Shown here: one piece after another, positions 9,582-19,850 of the stretch
Numbering within the stretch: the first letter of the stretch is position 1
Layout of the letters: the number at the start of each line of letters is the position of its first letter
Assembly (NCBI GenBank): GCA_965372625.1
Contig: CBDVDB010000001.1
Span: 1-50,185 of the forward strand
Source of the DNA: an uncultured Nitrospinaceae bacterium
GTDB lineage: Bacteria > Nitrospinota > Nitrospinia > Nitrospinales > Nitrospinaceae
DNA: 50,185 bases
Direction of reading: 5' to 3'
Made by a program: the position numbers and the translations under genes
Notes under the pieces: generated by a model
The model's database searches: none
Seen by the model: only the letters and a program-made list of their open reading frames with translations
What the model was told of the DNA's origin: nothing

Positions 9582-10553
9582 ATGAAAATGAAAAGAGATG
9601 AAATCTGTTGGAGGTTTTGCCTGGTTTTCTTTCTAACGGTTTTGTGGATAGGGTGCGACTCCAGTGATTCCATAGAAAGCGGGAAGGGCTCTGATGAGGT
9701 GGCTACTGTTAATAAGGAAGCCATTACGCGCGATCAACTTCTCAATGAATTGAAATTGGCAAAGAGAATGTACAGGATTCAGAAAAATGATGTCCTGCCG
9801 CCAGAGCAATTGGTTTTGCTGAAGACCAACGCCCTTAATGAGCTTATTAAGTTAACGATGCTGCTGCAAGAGGCGAAACGGCAAGGCATCACCATTTCCA
9901 AACAGGAAACAAGGACTCAGCTGGAAAGATCCCGGGAAGGCTATGATAACGAAGGTTTTCGGAGAACGTTGGAAATCGAAGAGATTTCCCAGGAGATATG
10001 GAATAAAAAGCAGGATAATATTTTATTGATCAAGAAGCTTACCGAAAGTGTCTTGAACAGTAAAATCAATATCAGCGAGAAACGTCTTCTGGAGTACTTC
10101 AATATAAATCGGGAAGAATTCCAAAAAGGAGAGCAGGTCCGGGCGCTTCATATTATGGTCGAAACTGAAGATGAAGCGAGAAGGATTTTGAAAAAGATCC
10201 GCAAGGGGAAATCATTTTCAGAATTGGCTATCGATCATTCGCGAGGACCGGAGGGCAAAACCGGAGGCGATATGGGTTTTTTTGAGGCCGGACAAATGCC
10301 CAAGGGTTTTGATGATGTCTTTAAACTCAAGATCAACAAGGTGAGTGGTATTATTCGGACTCCATTTGGATATCATATTTTTAAAGTGGTCGAAAAAAAG
10401 CCCGAGCGAAATATGAGCTTTGAGGAATCTAAAAAACAGATTCATAACAAACTGTTGCGCAAGGCCCAGGAAGAAGCTTTTCAAAAATGGGTGGAAACCA
10501 TCAAGGAGAAATCGGAAATTGTCGTCCATTATGATGTTTTGGAAACCATTTAA
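9582..10553 (+). CDS. Parvulin-type peptidyl-prolyl isomerase, PrsA/SurA-like, probable lipoprotein
   Basis: The signal peptide ends LWIGC. A SurA-N-like helical region follows, then a parvulin domain (RALHIMV..., GGDMGFF, TPFGYHIFKV). An alternative ATG at 9561 overlaps the mfd stop. I prefer ATG 9582. Confidence 0.75.
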   Translation: MKMKRDEICWRFCLVFFLTVLWIGCDSSDSIESGKGSDEVATVNKEAITRDQLLNELKLAKRMYRIQKNDVLPPEQLVLLKTNALNELIKLTMLLQEAKRQGITISKQETRTQLERSREGYDNEGFRRTLEIEEISQEIWNKKQDNILLIKKLTESVLNSKINISEKRLLEYFNINREEFQKGEQVRALHIMVETEDEARRILKKIRKGKSFSELAIDHSRGPEGKTGGDMGFFEAGQMPKGFDDVFKLKINKVSGIIRTPFGYHIFKVVEKKPERNMSFEESKKQIHNKLLRKAQEEAFQKWVETIKEKSEIVVHYDVLETI

Positions 10554-11778
10554 TCGTTTGTGGATGGGTGTGATTTTCTGCGGAGGGATTGTTTTGTTCT
10601 CCGTTTCCGGAATAGCGGCAACTGTTGACCGCATTGTTGCCAAGGTTAATAAAGAAATAATCACCCAGAGCCAAGTGGAGGAGAGAGCTTTACTTAAGCT
10701 GACGAGCCTTCGAAAGATGAATGTTCAACCCCTGCCTTCCAAAGAGGAAATGATCTATAGGGAATTGGAACTCATGGTTGAGGAAAAGCTGTTGATTGAT
10801 GCCGGCCGTAAGCGTGGGTACAAGGTGAATGAAAAGCGAGTCGCCAGGGCCATCGAGGATATTGAGCGTCGTAATGGCCTCAATGAAGGGGATCTTGAGA
10901 AGATGCTGGAAGCGGAATTCAAATCCCTGGAGGAGTATAAAGATAAAATTCGGGATCAGATTTTGTTAAGCGATGTAAGAATCTATGAGGTCCGTAAGCG
11001 CGTTAACGTAAGCAAGGAGGAAATCGAGGATTATTACAGCCGGCATCTTAAAGATTACTGGATTTCCGAAAAGCTTAAATTGCGGCATATATTGTTTTTG
11101 ATGGACGATGATCTGTCGGAGGAGGAAATCCTTTTTAAAAGGAAAAAAGCCCTCCAGGCTTTGCAGAAGATTCGGTCCGGCGAGAATTTTACCGCAGTGG
11201 CCAGGGAATTTTCCGAAGATGTTTCAGCCAGGACTGGGGGAGAGCTGGGGGAAATAGAGCGCGGCAAAATGGTGCCCGAGTTTGCAAAAGCCGCCTTCAA
11301 TTTAAAAGAAGGTCAAGTGAGCGGGTTGGTGAAAACCCCTTACGGTTTGCATATTATCAAGGTCGACAAAATTATTCCGGGCCGGACCCTTCCTTTGGAA
11401 GAAGTTAAGGATCAGATTAAAAAGCAATTTATGGAGAAAAAATCAAAATCGGAGTATCAGGCATTCCTGCGGGAGTTGAAACAAAATGCTTTTATTGAAA
11501 AAAAAATATCACCTCCAACTAAACCTGCTGGGAAGCATGCGGACAAAATAAAACCCAAAAAGGCGTTAAAGAATTTTTCCAATCCCAAGGGTGCATCCGA
11601 TGTTCTTTCTTCCCGGAAGACCGGGGAGTCAAAACCGAAGTTGATTCAAAAGCAGGAGTTTTCGAGGTTTCAGGCTTTTGAAGATAAACTGCGTTACTAT
11701 AAAAAACTGCGCGACAAGGAGCAAATTTCCGAAGGGGACTATCAAAACAAGAAAAAGCAGCTTTTGAATCAACTTTGA
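10531..11778 (+). CDS. SurA-like periplasmic chaperone/PPIase with Lys-rich linker and SHOCT-like C-terminal motif
   Basis: The signal peptide (MMFWKPFNRLWMGVIFCGGIVLFSVSGIAA) is followed by VDRIVAKVN (the SurA N-domain start). The parvulin domain carries LRHILF, GGELGEIERGKMVPEF and TPYGLHIIKV. The tail ends KLRDKEQISEGDYQNKKKQLL. I reject the track start at 10420 because it lies inside the previous gene. Confidence 0.75.
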   Translation: MMFWKPFNRLWMGVIFCGGIVLFSVSGIAATVDRIVAKVNKEIITQSQVEERALLKLTSLRKMNVQPLPSKEEMIYRELELMVEEKLLIDAGRKRGYKVNEKRVARAIEDIERRNGLNEGDLEKMLEAEFKSLEEYKDKIRDQILLSDVRIYEVRKRVNVSKEEIEDYYSRHLKDYWISEKLKLRHILFLMDDDLSEEEILFKRKKALQALQKIRSGENFTAVAREFSEDVSARTGGELGEIERGKMVPEFAKAAFNLKEGQVSGLVKTPYGLHIIKVDKIIPGRTLPLEEVKDQIKKQFMEKKSKSEYQAFLRELKQNAFIEKKISPPTKPAGKHADKIKPKKALKNFSNPKGASDVLSSRKTGESKPKLIQKQEFSRFQAFEDKLRYYKKLRDKEQISEGDYQNKKKQLLNQL

Positions 11779-11862
11779 TTCGATCCTCCAAGCGGACCCG
11801 GCTTCCCTGACTTTTTAGTCCCCCCTCCTCGTTTTGGGGCAGCGCACTCATCAAACTGCGAT

Positions 11863-13287
11863 ATGGATTCTCTCATTAAAAAAATAAAAAAAACTCTGAC
11901 CGATCATCAAATGATCGAGTCAGGAGATTGTGTTCTTGTCGGGGTTTCCGGAGGGCCGGATTCGGTTGCACTGTTGCGGAGTCTGATTGAGTTGAAACGG
12001 GAATTAAATATTGAATTAGTTGTGGTCCATTTGAACCACGGAGCCCGCGGGGCAGAATCCGACCGGGATGCGCAGTTTGTGCGCCATCTGGGTGAAGAAC
12101 TGAATCTTAAAACACTCATTGAAAAAAGAGATGTGCCGGCAGAGCGGTGGGTATCCAAAACCTCTTTTCAGGAAACCGCCCGCCAGGTTCGCCTGGAATT
12201 TTTTGAAAATGTTATGAAACAGACGGGCGCCCAGAAAATCGCCCTGGGGCATACCTCGGATGATCAAGTGGAAACGGTTTTGATGAATCTTTTGCGGGGT
12301 AGTGGCATGGCAGGGTTGGGGGGCATGAGTCCCGTCCGGTTTCCGTTTATCCGCCCTTTGTTTGACTGCTCCCGGTCTGAAATCATCGAATTTTTAAGTG
12401 GCAGAAAAATTCCCTGGTGCCAGGATTCTTCCAATGAAAAAACCGATTACTTGCGCAACCGGGTTCGCCTTGAACTGATTCCTTTTTTGCAGGAAAAATA
12501 TAATCCGAAAATTATGGAAAACCTTTTTGAGGCGTCGGGGATTTTAAGAGCGGATAATGATTTGCTCAATACTTTGGTGGATCATGAATTTGATCGTGTG
12601 GTTTCAGGGTCCGATGCCGGAAATATTCTGGAAATGAAACTCATTCTTTTCAACCCCCTGCCTCTGGCTCTAAAGCGCCGATTGGTTCGGAAAGCCATTC
12701 AGGGCGTGAAAGGGGATTTAAGGGGAATCTCCTCGTCACATATTCAGGATGTGCTTCAGTTGATCCAAAACTCTCAAAAAGGTAAGCGCATCGATTTACC
12801 TGACACTATTGAAGTCTTGTATCTGGAGGACAAGATTGAGGTTAAAAGAATCCAGAAGACCGATCCCCGCATCTTAAATGATGGGAAAAATGCATCCCAT
12901 TGGGAGGGGCATCTGGTTATTCCAGGTGAAACTCAAGTCGGTCGGGCGGGAGTCCTCCTGCAATCGGAAATTATTGATCCGGTTGAATTAGAATTTTCCA
13001 GTAATTATTTGAACCAGGCTTTTCTGGATTTTGATAAAACCGGCGGCGAAATCAGGGTGCGTTTCTTTCAACCGGGAGACCGGCTGAAACCGCTGGGGAT
13101 GACCGGCACTAAAAAAGTAAAATCCCTTTTTATCGACGAAAAAGTGCCCCGGGGAATCCGGCCCGGCGTTCCCATCTTGACAACCGGAGATAATGATATT
13201 ATCTGGGTGTATGGAACCCGCATTGCCGAACCCTACCGGGTGACTTCGGACACAAGGAAAGTATTATTTATCAAAGGGTTATCCTGA
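11863..13287 (+). CDS. tilS: tRNA(Ile)-lysidine synthetase
   Basis: 474 aa. It has the PP-loop motif VGVSGGPDS, the GHTSDDQVETVLMNLLRGSG motif and a TilS C-terminal domain. Confidence 0.9.
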   Translation: MDSLIKKIKKTLTDHQMIESGDCVLVGVSGGPDSVALLRSLIELKRELNIELVVVHLNHGARGAESDRDAQFVRHLGEELNLKTLIEKRDVPAERWVSKTSFQETARQVRLEFFENVMKQTGAQKIALGHTSDDQVETVLMNLLRGSGMAGLGGMSPVRFPFIRPLFDCSRSEIIEFLSGRKIPWCQDSSNEKTDYLRNRVRLELIPFLQEKYNPKIMENLFEASGILRADNDLLNTLVDHEFDRVVSGSDAGNILEMKLILFNPLPLALKRRLVRKAIQGVKGDLRGISSSHIQDVLQLIQNSQKGKRIDLPDTIEVLYLEDKIEVKRIQKTDPRILNDGKNASHWEGHLVIPGETQVGRAGVLLQSEIIDPVELEFSSNYLNQAFLDFDKTGGEIRVRFFQPGDRLKPLGMTGTKKVKSLFIDEKVPRGIRPGVPILTTGDNDIIWVYGTRIAEPYRVTSDTRKVLFIKGLS

Positions 13288-13405
13288 TTTTTCCGGCAAG
13301 TGAAGAACCAAAGAAAGAGCCATTTCCCCGGGGGAATGTGCTACTATTAATTCTAAGATACCTAGAGCATGGGGTTTCCCCATTCGTCAATAAAAGGAGA
13401 AGGTT

Positions 13406-15349
13406 TTGAACCAATTTTATAAAAATTTGGCTCTTTGGATCATTATTGCTTTTATCCTGCTGGCTCTGTTCAATATGGTCAATCAACAGCCGGAGACGCC
13501 CAAAATCGTTTACAGCGATTTCATCAGCATGGTGGAAAGAAATGACGTCAAGGAAGTAGAGATTCAAGGACAGAAGGTTACCGGAAAGGACAGCAAAGGG
13601 GAATCTTTTGAAACCGTCATCCGTAAAGAAGACCCCGAACTCCTGAAACTTTTACATGAAAAAGGCGTGCGGACGAATGTGGTACTTCCCGAGCAGATGA
13701 ATTGGTACACGAATGTCCTTATTTCATGGTTTCCGCTGGTCCTGCTGCTGGGTATATGGATTTTCTTCATGCGGCAGATGCAGTCCGGCGGAGGGAAAGC
13801 CCTTTCCTTCGGCAAAAGCAAAGCCCGTCTGATGGGTGACAAAAAGAATCAGACCACCTTTAAAGACGTAGCCGGAGTGGATGAAGCCAAGGAAGAGCTC
13901 CATGAAATTATCGAATTCCTGAAAGAACCGCAGAAGTTCAGCAAGCTGGGAGGTAAAATTCCTAAAGGCGTTCTGCTGGTCGGCCCTCCGGGCACCGGCA
14001 AAACCCTGCTGGCCCGCGCCATCGCGGGTGAAGCGAGTGTTCCCTTCTACAGCATCAGTGGTTCCGACTTTGTGGAAATGTTTGTCGGCGTGGGCGCTTC
14101 CCGCGTGCGCGACCTGTTTGAACAAGGCAAGAAAAACAGCCCCTGCATCATCTTTATCGATGAAATCGATGCGGTCGGCAGGCATCGCGGCGCCGGATTG
14201 GGTGGAGGCCATGACGAACGCGAGCAGACCCTGAACCAATTACTCGTCGAAATGGACGGGTTTGAAAATAATGAGGGCGTCATCCTGATCGCCGCCACCA
14301 ACCGCCCGGACGTTCTCGACCCGGCCCTGCTCCGGCCCGGCCGTTTTGACCGGCAGGTGATCGTCTCCCGGCCGGATATCAGAGGCCGCGAAGGTATCCT
14401 TAAAGTCCATACCTCCCAGGTTCCTCTGGATGACGATGTGGTGTTGAAAACCATCGCCCGCGGAACCCCCGGTTTTACCGGGGCCGATCTGGCCAACCTG
14501 GTCAATGAAGCCGCACTGCTGGCGGCACGCGGTGAGAAAAAAGTCGTTACCATGATCGATTTCGAAGACGCCAAGGATAAAGTTTTGATGGGCGTCGAGC
14601 GGCGAAGCATGGTGATTACGGAAAAGGAAAAGAAAAATACGGCTTATCACGAAGCCGGCCATGCTTTGGTGGCTTACCTGCTTCCGGAAACCGACCCCTT
14701 GCATAAGGTGACCATCATTCCCCGTGGCAGAGCGCTGGGCGTTACGATGCAATTACCCGTGGATGACAAACATACGTATCCGAGGAGGTATCTCGTCAAC
14801 CGCCTGGCGATCATGATGGGCGGGAGAGTGGCTGAGGAAATTTGTCTCGGTGAAATGACCACCGGCGCGGGTAACGACATTGAGCTGGCCACGGATATGG
14901 CCCGTAAAATGGTCTGTGAGTGGGGGATGAGCGAAAAAATGGGGCCCTTGACTTACGGCACCAAGGAAGAGCAGGTTTTTCTCGGAAGAGATTTTAACAC
15001 GCAGAAAAACTTCAGTGATGAAACGGCCAAGTTGATTGACCTTGAGGTCAAGGCCCTGGTCATGGGGGGTTATAATACCGCCGAGAAGCTGCTCACCGAG
15101 AACCGGAAGACGTTGGAGAAACTTTCCGCGGCCCTCATTGAATATGAAACTCTGGACTTGAAGGAAATCACTGAAATTATCGATGGCAAACCTTCGGATT
15201 CCGGCGATGATGCAGAGAAACCGGAAGAGGTGGCGGATGACAAGGTCCTCGCCAAAAATAAAAAGGTCAAAAAGGGTAAGAAAAAATCCGACGATGGCTC
15301 TGATGGAATCATGGGAGACGGTGGAATGCCTGATCCATCTCCCGCATAA
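13406..15349 (+). CDS. ftsH: ATP-dependent zinc metalloprotease FtsH
   Basis: 647 aa with a TTG start and two TM helices. It has AAA+ Walker A GPPGTGKT, Walker B IIFIDEID, the SRH region and the zinc motif HEAGHA. Confidence 0.97.
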   Translation: MNQFYKNLALWIIIAFILLALFNMVNQQPETPKIVYSDFISMVERNDVKEVEIQGQKVTGKDSKGESFETVIRKEDPELLKLLHEKGVRTNVVLPEQMNWYTNVLISWFPLVLLLGIWIFFMRQMQSGGGKALSFGKSKARLMGDKKNQTTFKDVAGVDEAKEELHEIIEFLKEPQKFSKLGGKIPKGVLLVGPPGTGKTLLARAIAGEASVPFYSISGSDFVEMFVGVGASRVRDLFEQGKKNSPCIIFIDEIDAVGRHRGAGLGGGHDEREQTLNQLLVEMDGFENNEGVILIAATNRPDVLDPALLRPGRFDRQVIVSRPDIRGREGILKVHTSQVPLDDDVVLKTIARGTPGFTGADLANLVNEAALLAARGEKKVVTMIDFEDAKDKVLMGVERRSMVITEKEKKNTAYHEAGHALVAYLLPETDPLHKVTIIPRGRALGVTMQLPVDDKHTYPRRYLVNRLAIMMGGRVAEEICLGEMTTGAGNDIELATDMARKMVCEWGMSEKMGPLTYGTKEEQVFLGRDFNTQKNFSDETAKLIDLEVKALVMGGYNTAEKLLTENRKTLEKLSAALIEYETLDLKEITEIIDGKPSDSGDDAEKPEEVADDKVLAKNKKVKKGKKKSDDGSDGIMGDGGMPDPSPA

Positions 15350-15378
15350 AGGAAGTTGGACTCTTTATCTATAACTGC

Positions 15379-15419
15379 AAAGCTCCGCTCCTGAGTCACT
15401 CAGGAATGGAGCTTTTTTT
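15379..15419 (+). terminator. Rho-independent terminator after ftsH
   Basis: AAAGCTCC pairs with GGAGCTTT as the outer stem. An inner stem CCTGAGT/ACTCAGG lies within it. A run of seven T follows. Confidence 0.7.
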
Positions 15420-15443
15420 CATTCTTACCTGATCCCGGTTTAC

Positions 15444-16280
15444 GTGACTCCTGTGCTGAACTCGAAAGGTGATTTTGAATCTCCAAAAATAATGGGGATC
15501 ATCAACTTGTCTCCCGACTCGTTTTATCCGGAAAGCCGGGTGCCGTCGGTCTCCGCCGCCCTCAAATTGGCGGAGCGTCTGATTGAAGAGGGGGCGGATT
15601 ATCTGGATGTGGGTGCGGAATCGTCCCGGCCCGGTGCCAAACCCATCTCCGAGGAAGAAGAACTGGCGCTTGTGGTTCCGGTGATCACGCAATTGTGCAA
15701 GAGCTTTCCGGTCCCCGTTTCGGTAGATACGTATAAGCCGGGCGTCGCGCAGAGGGTGTTGGAAGCGGGAGTTCCCATCATCAACGATATCACCGGACTG
15801 CGCTTCCCGGAGATGGCTCCGATTATCGCTGAATATGATGCGGGAGTGATCATCATGCACATGTTGGGGACTCCGGACACGATGCAGGAAGATATTCATT
15901 ACGATGATTGCGTGGGCGAAATTAAAAAATTTTTGCAGCAGGGAATTCGAACCGCCGAAGAGGCAGGTATTTCTTCCAAAAAGATTTGGGTGGATCCTGG
16001 AATCGGGTTCGGCAAAACGGTCGAGCACAATCTTGAAATATTGGCGCGGCTGGATTCCTTCGCGACATTGGGAAAGCCGCTGTTGCTGGGTACTTCACGC
16101 AAGTCGTTTATCGGAAAGATTCTGGATTTGCCGGTGGCCGAGCGAATGGAGGGTTCCCTCGGCACCGCAGTGATGGGGATGATTAAAGGAGCGCGGATAT
16201 TGCGGGTCCATGATGTCCTGGAAACAGTTCGTGTTGTTAAAGTTGTGGGTGAGATTTTAAAATATCAAAATGGAAAATAA
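15444..16280 (+). CDS. folP: Dihydropteroate synthase
   Basis: 278 aa with a GTG start. Pterin-binding domain motifs are present: IMGIINLSPDSFY, GADYLDVGAESSRPGA, SVDTYKP, DPGIGFGK and RVHDV. An alternative start is the internal Met at IMGIINL. Confidence 0.9.
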   Translation: MTPVLNSKGDFESPKIMGIINLSPDSFYPESRVPSVSAALKLAERLIEEGADYLDVGAESSRPGAKPISEEEELALVVPVITQLCKSFPVPVSVDTYKPGVAQRVLEAGVPIINDITGLRFPEMAPIIAEYDAGVIIMHMLGTPDTMQEDIHYDDCVGEIKKFLQQGIRTAEEAGISSKKIWVDPGIGFGKTVEHNLEILARLDSFATLGKPLLLGTSRKSFIGKILDLPVAERMEGSLGTAVMGMIKGARILRVHDVLETVRVVKVVGEILKYQNGK

Positions 16281-17016
16281 GATTCGTTTGTTCGTCAACG
16301 TCGATCATGTGGCCACCCTCCGGGAGGCCCGGAAAACGATTGAGCCTGATCCTCTGGCAGCCGCCCTCCTGGCCGAACAGGCCGGGGCCGACGGCATCAC
16401 CATTCATCTGCGGGAAGACCGGCGACATATCCAGGATGACGACGTGTTCCGCATCCGGGAAAAAATAAATACCGTGCTCAATCTGGAAATGGCGGCGGTG
16501 GCGGAAATGGTTCAGATTGCTTTCAAAATAAAGCCTTATCAGGTATCGATCGTTCCGGAAAAACGGCAGGAAATAACCACTGAGGGGGGATTGGACGTCA
16601 TTTCCCAAAAAGAGCATCTTAAAAAAGTTCGGGAGACTCTGCAACCGAAGGACATCCGATTCAGCCTGTTTGTCGATCCGGACCTCAAACAAGTGGACGC
16701 AGCCCGGGAAGTGGGAGCCGAGAGCATCGAAATCAACACCGGAGGTTACACCGAGTTAAAAGATAAAACCGCTATCCAACAGGAATTGGAAAAAATCAAG
16801 GGCGCCTCCCGTCATGCCGCACAACTGGGCCTGCGCGTGTTTGCGGGGCATGGTCTTACCCGGGAAAATGTGGTGGCCATCGCCGCGGTGCCGGAGATCG
16901 AGGAGCTCAACATCGGTCACAGCCTGGTGTCCCGCTCGGTTTATTACGGTTTGGAAAGAGCGGTTCAAGATATGATCCAGGCCATCCGGAAGGGTGCGGC
17001 CCGGCGGACTCATTAA
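16270..17016 (+). CDS. pdxJ: Pyridoxine 5'-phosphate synthase
   Basis: 248 aa. Motifs are LFVNVDHVATLREAR, ITIHLREDRRHI, EIELNTGGY-like EINTGGY and NIGHSLV. It overlaps the folP end by 11 nt. Confidence 0.92.
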   Translation: MENKIRLFVNVDHVATLREARKTIEPDPLAAALLAEQAGADGITIHLREDRRHIQDDDVFRIREKINTVLNLEMAAVAEMVQIAFKIKPYQVSIVPEKRQEITTEGGLDVISQKEHLKKVRETLQPKDIRFSLFVDPDLKQVDAAREVGAESIEINTGGYTELKDKTAIQQELEKIKGASRHAAQLGLRVFAGHGLTRENVVAIAAVPEIEELNIGHSLVSRSVYYGLERAVQDMIQAIRKGAARRTH

Positions 17017-17038
17017 GCGCCTTGCCTTGCAGGATTAG

Positions 17039-17067
17039 TTGACTTGCTCCGGTAATTTCTTCATAAT
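17039..17067 (+). promoter_or_regulatory. Sigma-70-type promoter candidate for gap-tpiA-secG
   Basis: TTGACT (17039-17044), a 17-nt spacer, then CATAAT (17062-17067). It lies about 85 nt upstream of the gap ATG. AGGAGG (17141-17146) precedes that ATG. Confidence 0.45.
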
Positions 17068-17141
17068 TTTGCTCCTTCCGGTTTTCTCCGGAAATTTCTG
17101 GTAGAGTTCTCATTTTAATTGCGCAATCGGCATTTGTTTAA

Positions 17142-18167
<1,026 letters not shown>

Positions 18168-18189
18168 ATATAATTTTATCAAGTAAAAT

Positions 18190-18945
18190 ATGAGAAAACC
18201 GCTGTTTGCCGGGAATTGGAAGATGAATAAAACCGTCCCGGAATCCTTGGAAATGATCCGGGCCTTGAGGGGAAAGTTGGGCTCGTCCTGCCCGGCGGAA
18301 GTGGTGGTGATTCCCCCCTTCACTTCTTTGTTTTCGGTACAGGAAGCCCTGCGCGGGAGCGATATTCGGTTGGGCGGCCAAAACCTTTCTCATTTAGCCC
18401 AAGGCGCCGTGACCGGAGAAGTGTCCGGAACCATGCTGGTATCCGTGGGATGCCGGTATGTGCTGGTGGGCCATTCCGAGCGGCGCAAGCTGTTTCATGA
18501 AGACGATTCCCTGATCAATCTTAAAATGAAGACCGCCTTGTCCGAGGGTCTCTATCCCATCTTATGTGTGGGAGAAACCTGGGAGGAGCGCGAGGCCGCC
18601 CAGGCAAAAATAATTATCGGGAATCAATTGCAGGTGGGGTTGGACGGCCTGACCCCGCTGGAAATGGGGAAAACGACCCTCGCCTATGAACCGGTCTGGG
18701 CGATTGGCACTGGGAAAACCGCTCAACCGGAACAGGCCCAGGAAATTCATGAGATGATCCGAAACCAACTGAGTTCCAGGTTCGGGCTGGAAATGGCTCA
18801 AGCCATCCGCATACTCTACGGGGGAAGTGTGACCCCTGAAAACAGCGCCGATCTGTTGGCACAACCGGATATAGACGGAGCTCTGGTAGGGGGAGCCAGT
18901 TTGGAGGCCGATTCCTTTTATGCTATTATTAACGCCGCTCAATAA
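18190..18945 (+). CDS. tpiA: Triose-phosphate isomerase
   Basis: 251 aa. Motifs are AGNWKMN, VGHSERR, AYEPVWAIGTG and YGGSV. Confidence 0.95.
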   Translation: MRKPLFAGNWKMNKTVPESLEMIRALRGKLGSSCPAEVVVIPPFTSLFSVQEALRGSDIRLGGQNLSHLAQGAVTGEVSGTMLVSVGCRYVLVGHSERRKLFHEDDSLINLKMKTALSEGLYPILCVGETWEEREAAQAKIIIGNQLQVGLDGLTPLEMGKTTLAYEPVWAIGTGKTAQPEQAQEIHEMIRNQLSSRFGLEMAQAIRILYGGSVTPENSADLLAQPDIDGALVGGASLEADSFYAIINAAQ

Positions 18946-18965
18946 TCGATTTTCTGAGGAGTTCC

Positions 18966-19286
18966 GTGGATACCTTCATTAGTGTTTTGCATATTGTGGT
19001 TGCATTGTTTCTGATTATGGTGATTTTGTTACAGGCTGGAAAGGGCGCCGCCATGGGGGCCTCTTTAGGTTCCGCCGGCAGCCAGGCCATGTTCGGAAGC
19101 AGCGGATCGGGTAATTTCCTCACCAAGCTCACCACCGCCGCGGCGATTATTTTTATGGTCACCTCTTTAACTTTGGCCATCCTTTCCACCCATGAGGACA
19201 AGAGTTCGGTCATTGATGAAGTGGAAAGCACAACCGAGCAGATTCCCAGCCCCCTCGCAAACGATGACGAGCTACCCTTAGAATAA
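18966..19286 (+). CDS. secG: Preprotein translocase subunit SecG
   Basis: 106 aa with a GTG start. It has two TM helices with the Gly-rich loop LLQAGKGAAMGASLGSAGSQAMFGS typical of SecG. The tpiA-secG-tRNA-Leu arrangement supports the call. Confidence 0.85.
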   Translation: MDTFISVLHIVVALFLIMVILLQAGKGAAMGASLGSAGSQAMFGSSGSGNFLTKLTTAAAIIFMVTSLTLAILSTHEDKSSVIDEVESTTEQIPSPLANDDELPLE

Positions 19287-19299
19287 TTTTCTGGATATA

Positions 19300-19384
19300 G
19301 CCGATGTGGTGGAACTGGTAGACACGTGCGCTTGAGGGGCGTATGGGGCGACCCGTGGGAGTTCGAATCTCCCCATCGGCACCA
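19300..19384 (+). tRNA. tRNA-Leu (anticodon GAG), class II with long variable arm, CCA encoded
   Basis: I folded the cloverleaf by hand. The acceptor stem is GCCGATG/CATCGGC and the D stem is GTG/CAC. The anticodon stem is TGCGC/GCGTA with loop TTGAGGG. The variable arm is 13 nt and the T arm is GGGAG-TTCGAAT-CTCCC. The discriminator is A, followed by CCA. E. coli has the same secG-leuU(GAG) arrangement. Confidence 0.93.
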
Positions 19385-19410
19385 ACTTCCTCCGCAGGTT
19401 TTCATCCTAC

Positions 19411-19767
19411 ATGCAGGCGACCAGCTTAGGCGATATTTTTTCCCATCCCAGCTTTCTTACTATTTTAGCCACCATTTTGATCGTTATCGCCAATATCATC
19501 ATTGGCGTTGGTCTGCTTCCCAAGGATGCCCGTAAAAAGCGTTATAAACTCCACCGAGCCGTTTTCGGGGCGGCCCTGGTTTCCCTGGGAGTTTTTCTGG
19601 CCGTTACCCACCGCTTGATGGGCAATTCCCCTTTTAATTTCGTGGTCTTGGCTTACTTTATGATCGCCATTCCCTTGAGCCGGAGATGGAACGTCACCCT
19701 GCATGCCATCATCGCCTCCGTAGGACTGGTCCTGCTGATGGGGATCGCCACTTTCAGTGTTTTATAG
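19411..19767 (+). CDS. Hypothetical small polytopic membrane protein (about 4 TM helices)
   Basis: 118 aa, almost entirely hydrophobic segments separated by short basic loops ([18 protein letters not shown]). I recognised no family. Confidence 0.55.
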   Translation: MQATSLGDIFSHPSFLTILATILIVIANIIIGVGLLPKDARKKRYKLHRAVFGAALVSLGVFLAVTHRLMGNSPFNFVVLAYFMIAIPLSRRWNVTLHAIIASVGLVLLMGIATFSVL

Positions 19768-19806
19768 GCGGCAACGATCCCATTGCCTAAACTCCCGCGA
19801 ATGTGC

Positions 19807-19832
19807 TGTAATGTGTTTTGTAAACTCACCTT
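19807..19832 (+). promoter_or_regulatory. Shared upstream motif, copy A (TGTAATGTGTT..AAACTCACCTT)
   Basis: It lies 19 nt upstream of the flavoprotein ATG. It shares TGTAAT, TGTGTT and an exact 11-mer AAACTCACCTT with copy B upstream of the Rieske gene. Confidence 0.35.
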
Positions 19833-19850
19833 ATATCGGAAATTATCGGC

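Noticed and set aside
10420-10530. N-terminal extensions implied by the longest-ORF track. These are 10420 (SurA-like), 2438 (LapA-like), 27097 (metF), 31248 (rne), 36263 (ftsX), 38406 (ctpA) and 48138 (aconitase).
   Set aside because: In each case a downstream ATG gives a protein starting at the family-typical N-terminus or signal peptide. The extension either overlaps the preceding gene or terminator, or adds non-homologous residues.
18929-19405. A 158-aa minus-strand ORF spanning secG and the tRNA-Leu gene.
   Set aside because: It overlaps a hand-folded canonical tRNA and a convincing SecG on the opposite strand. Its sequence has no motifs.
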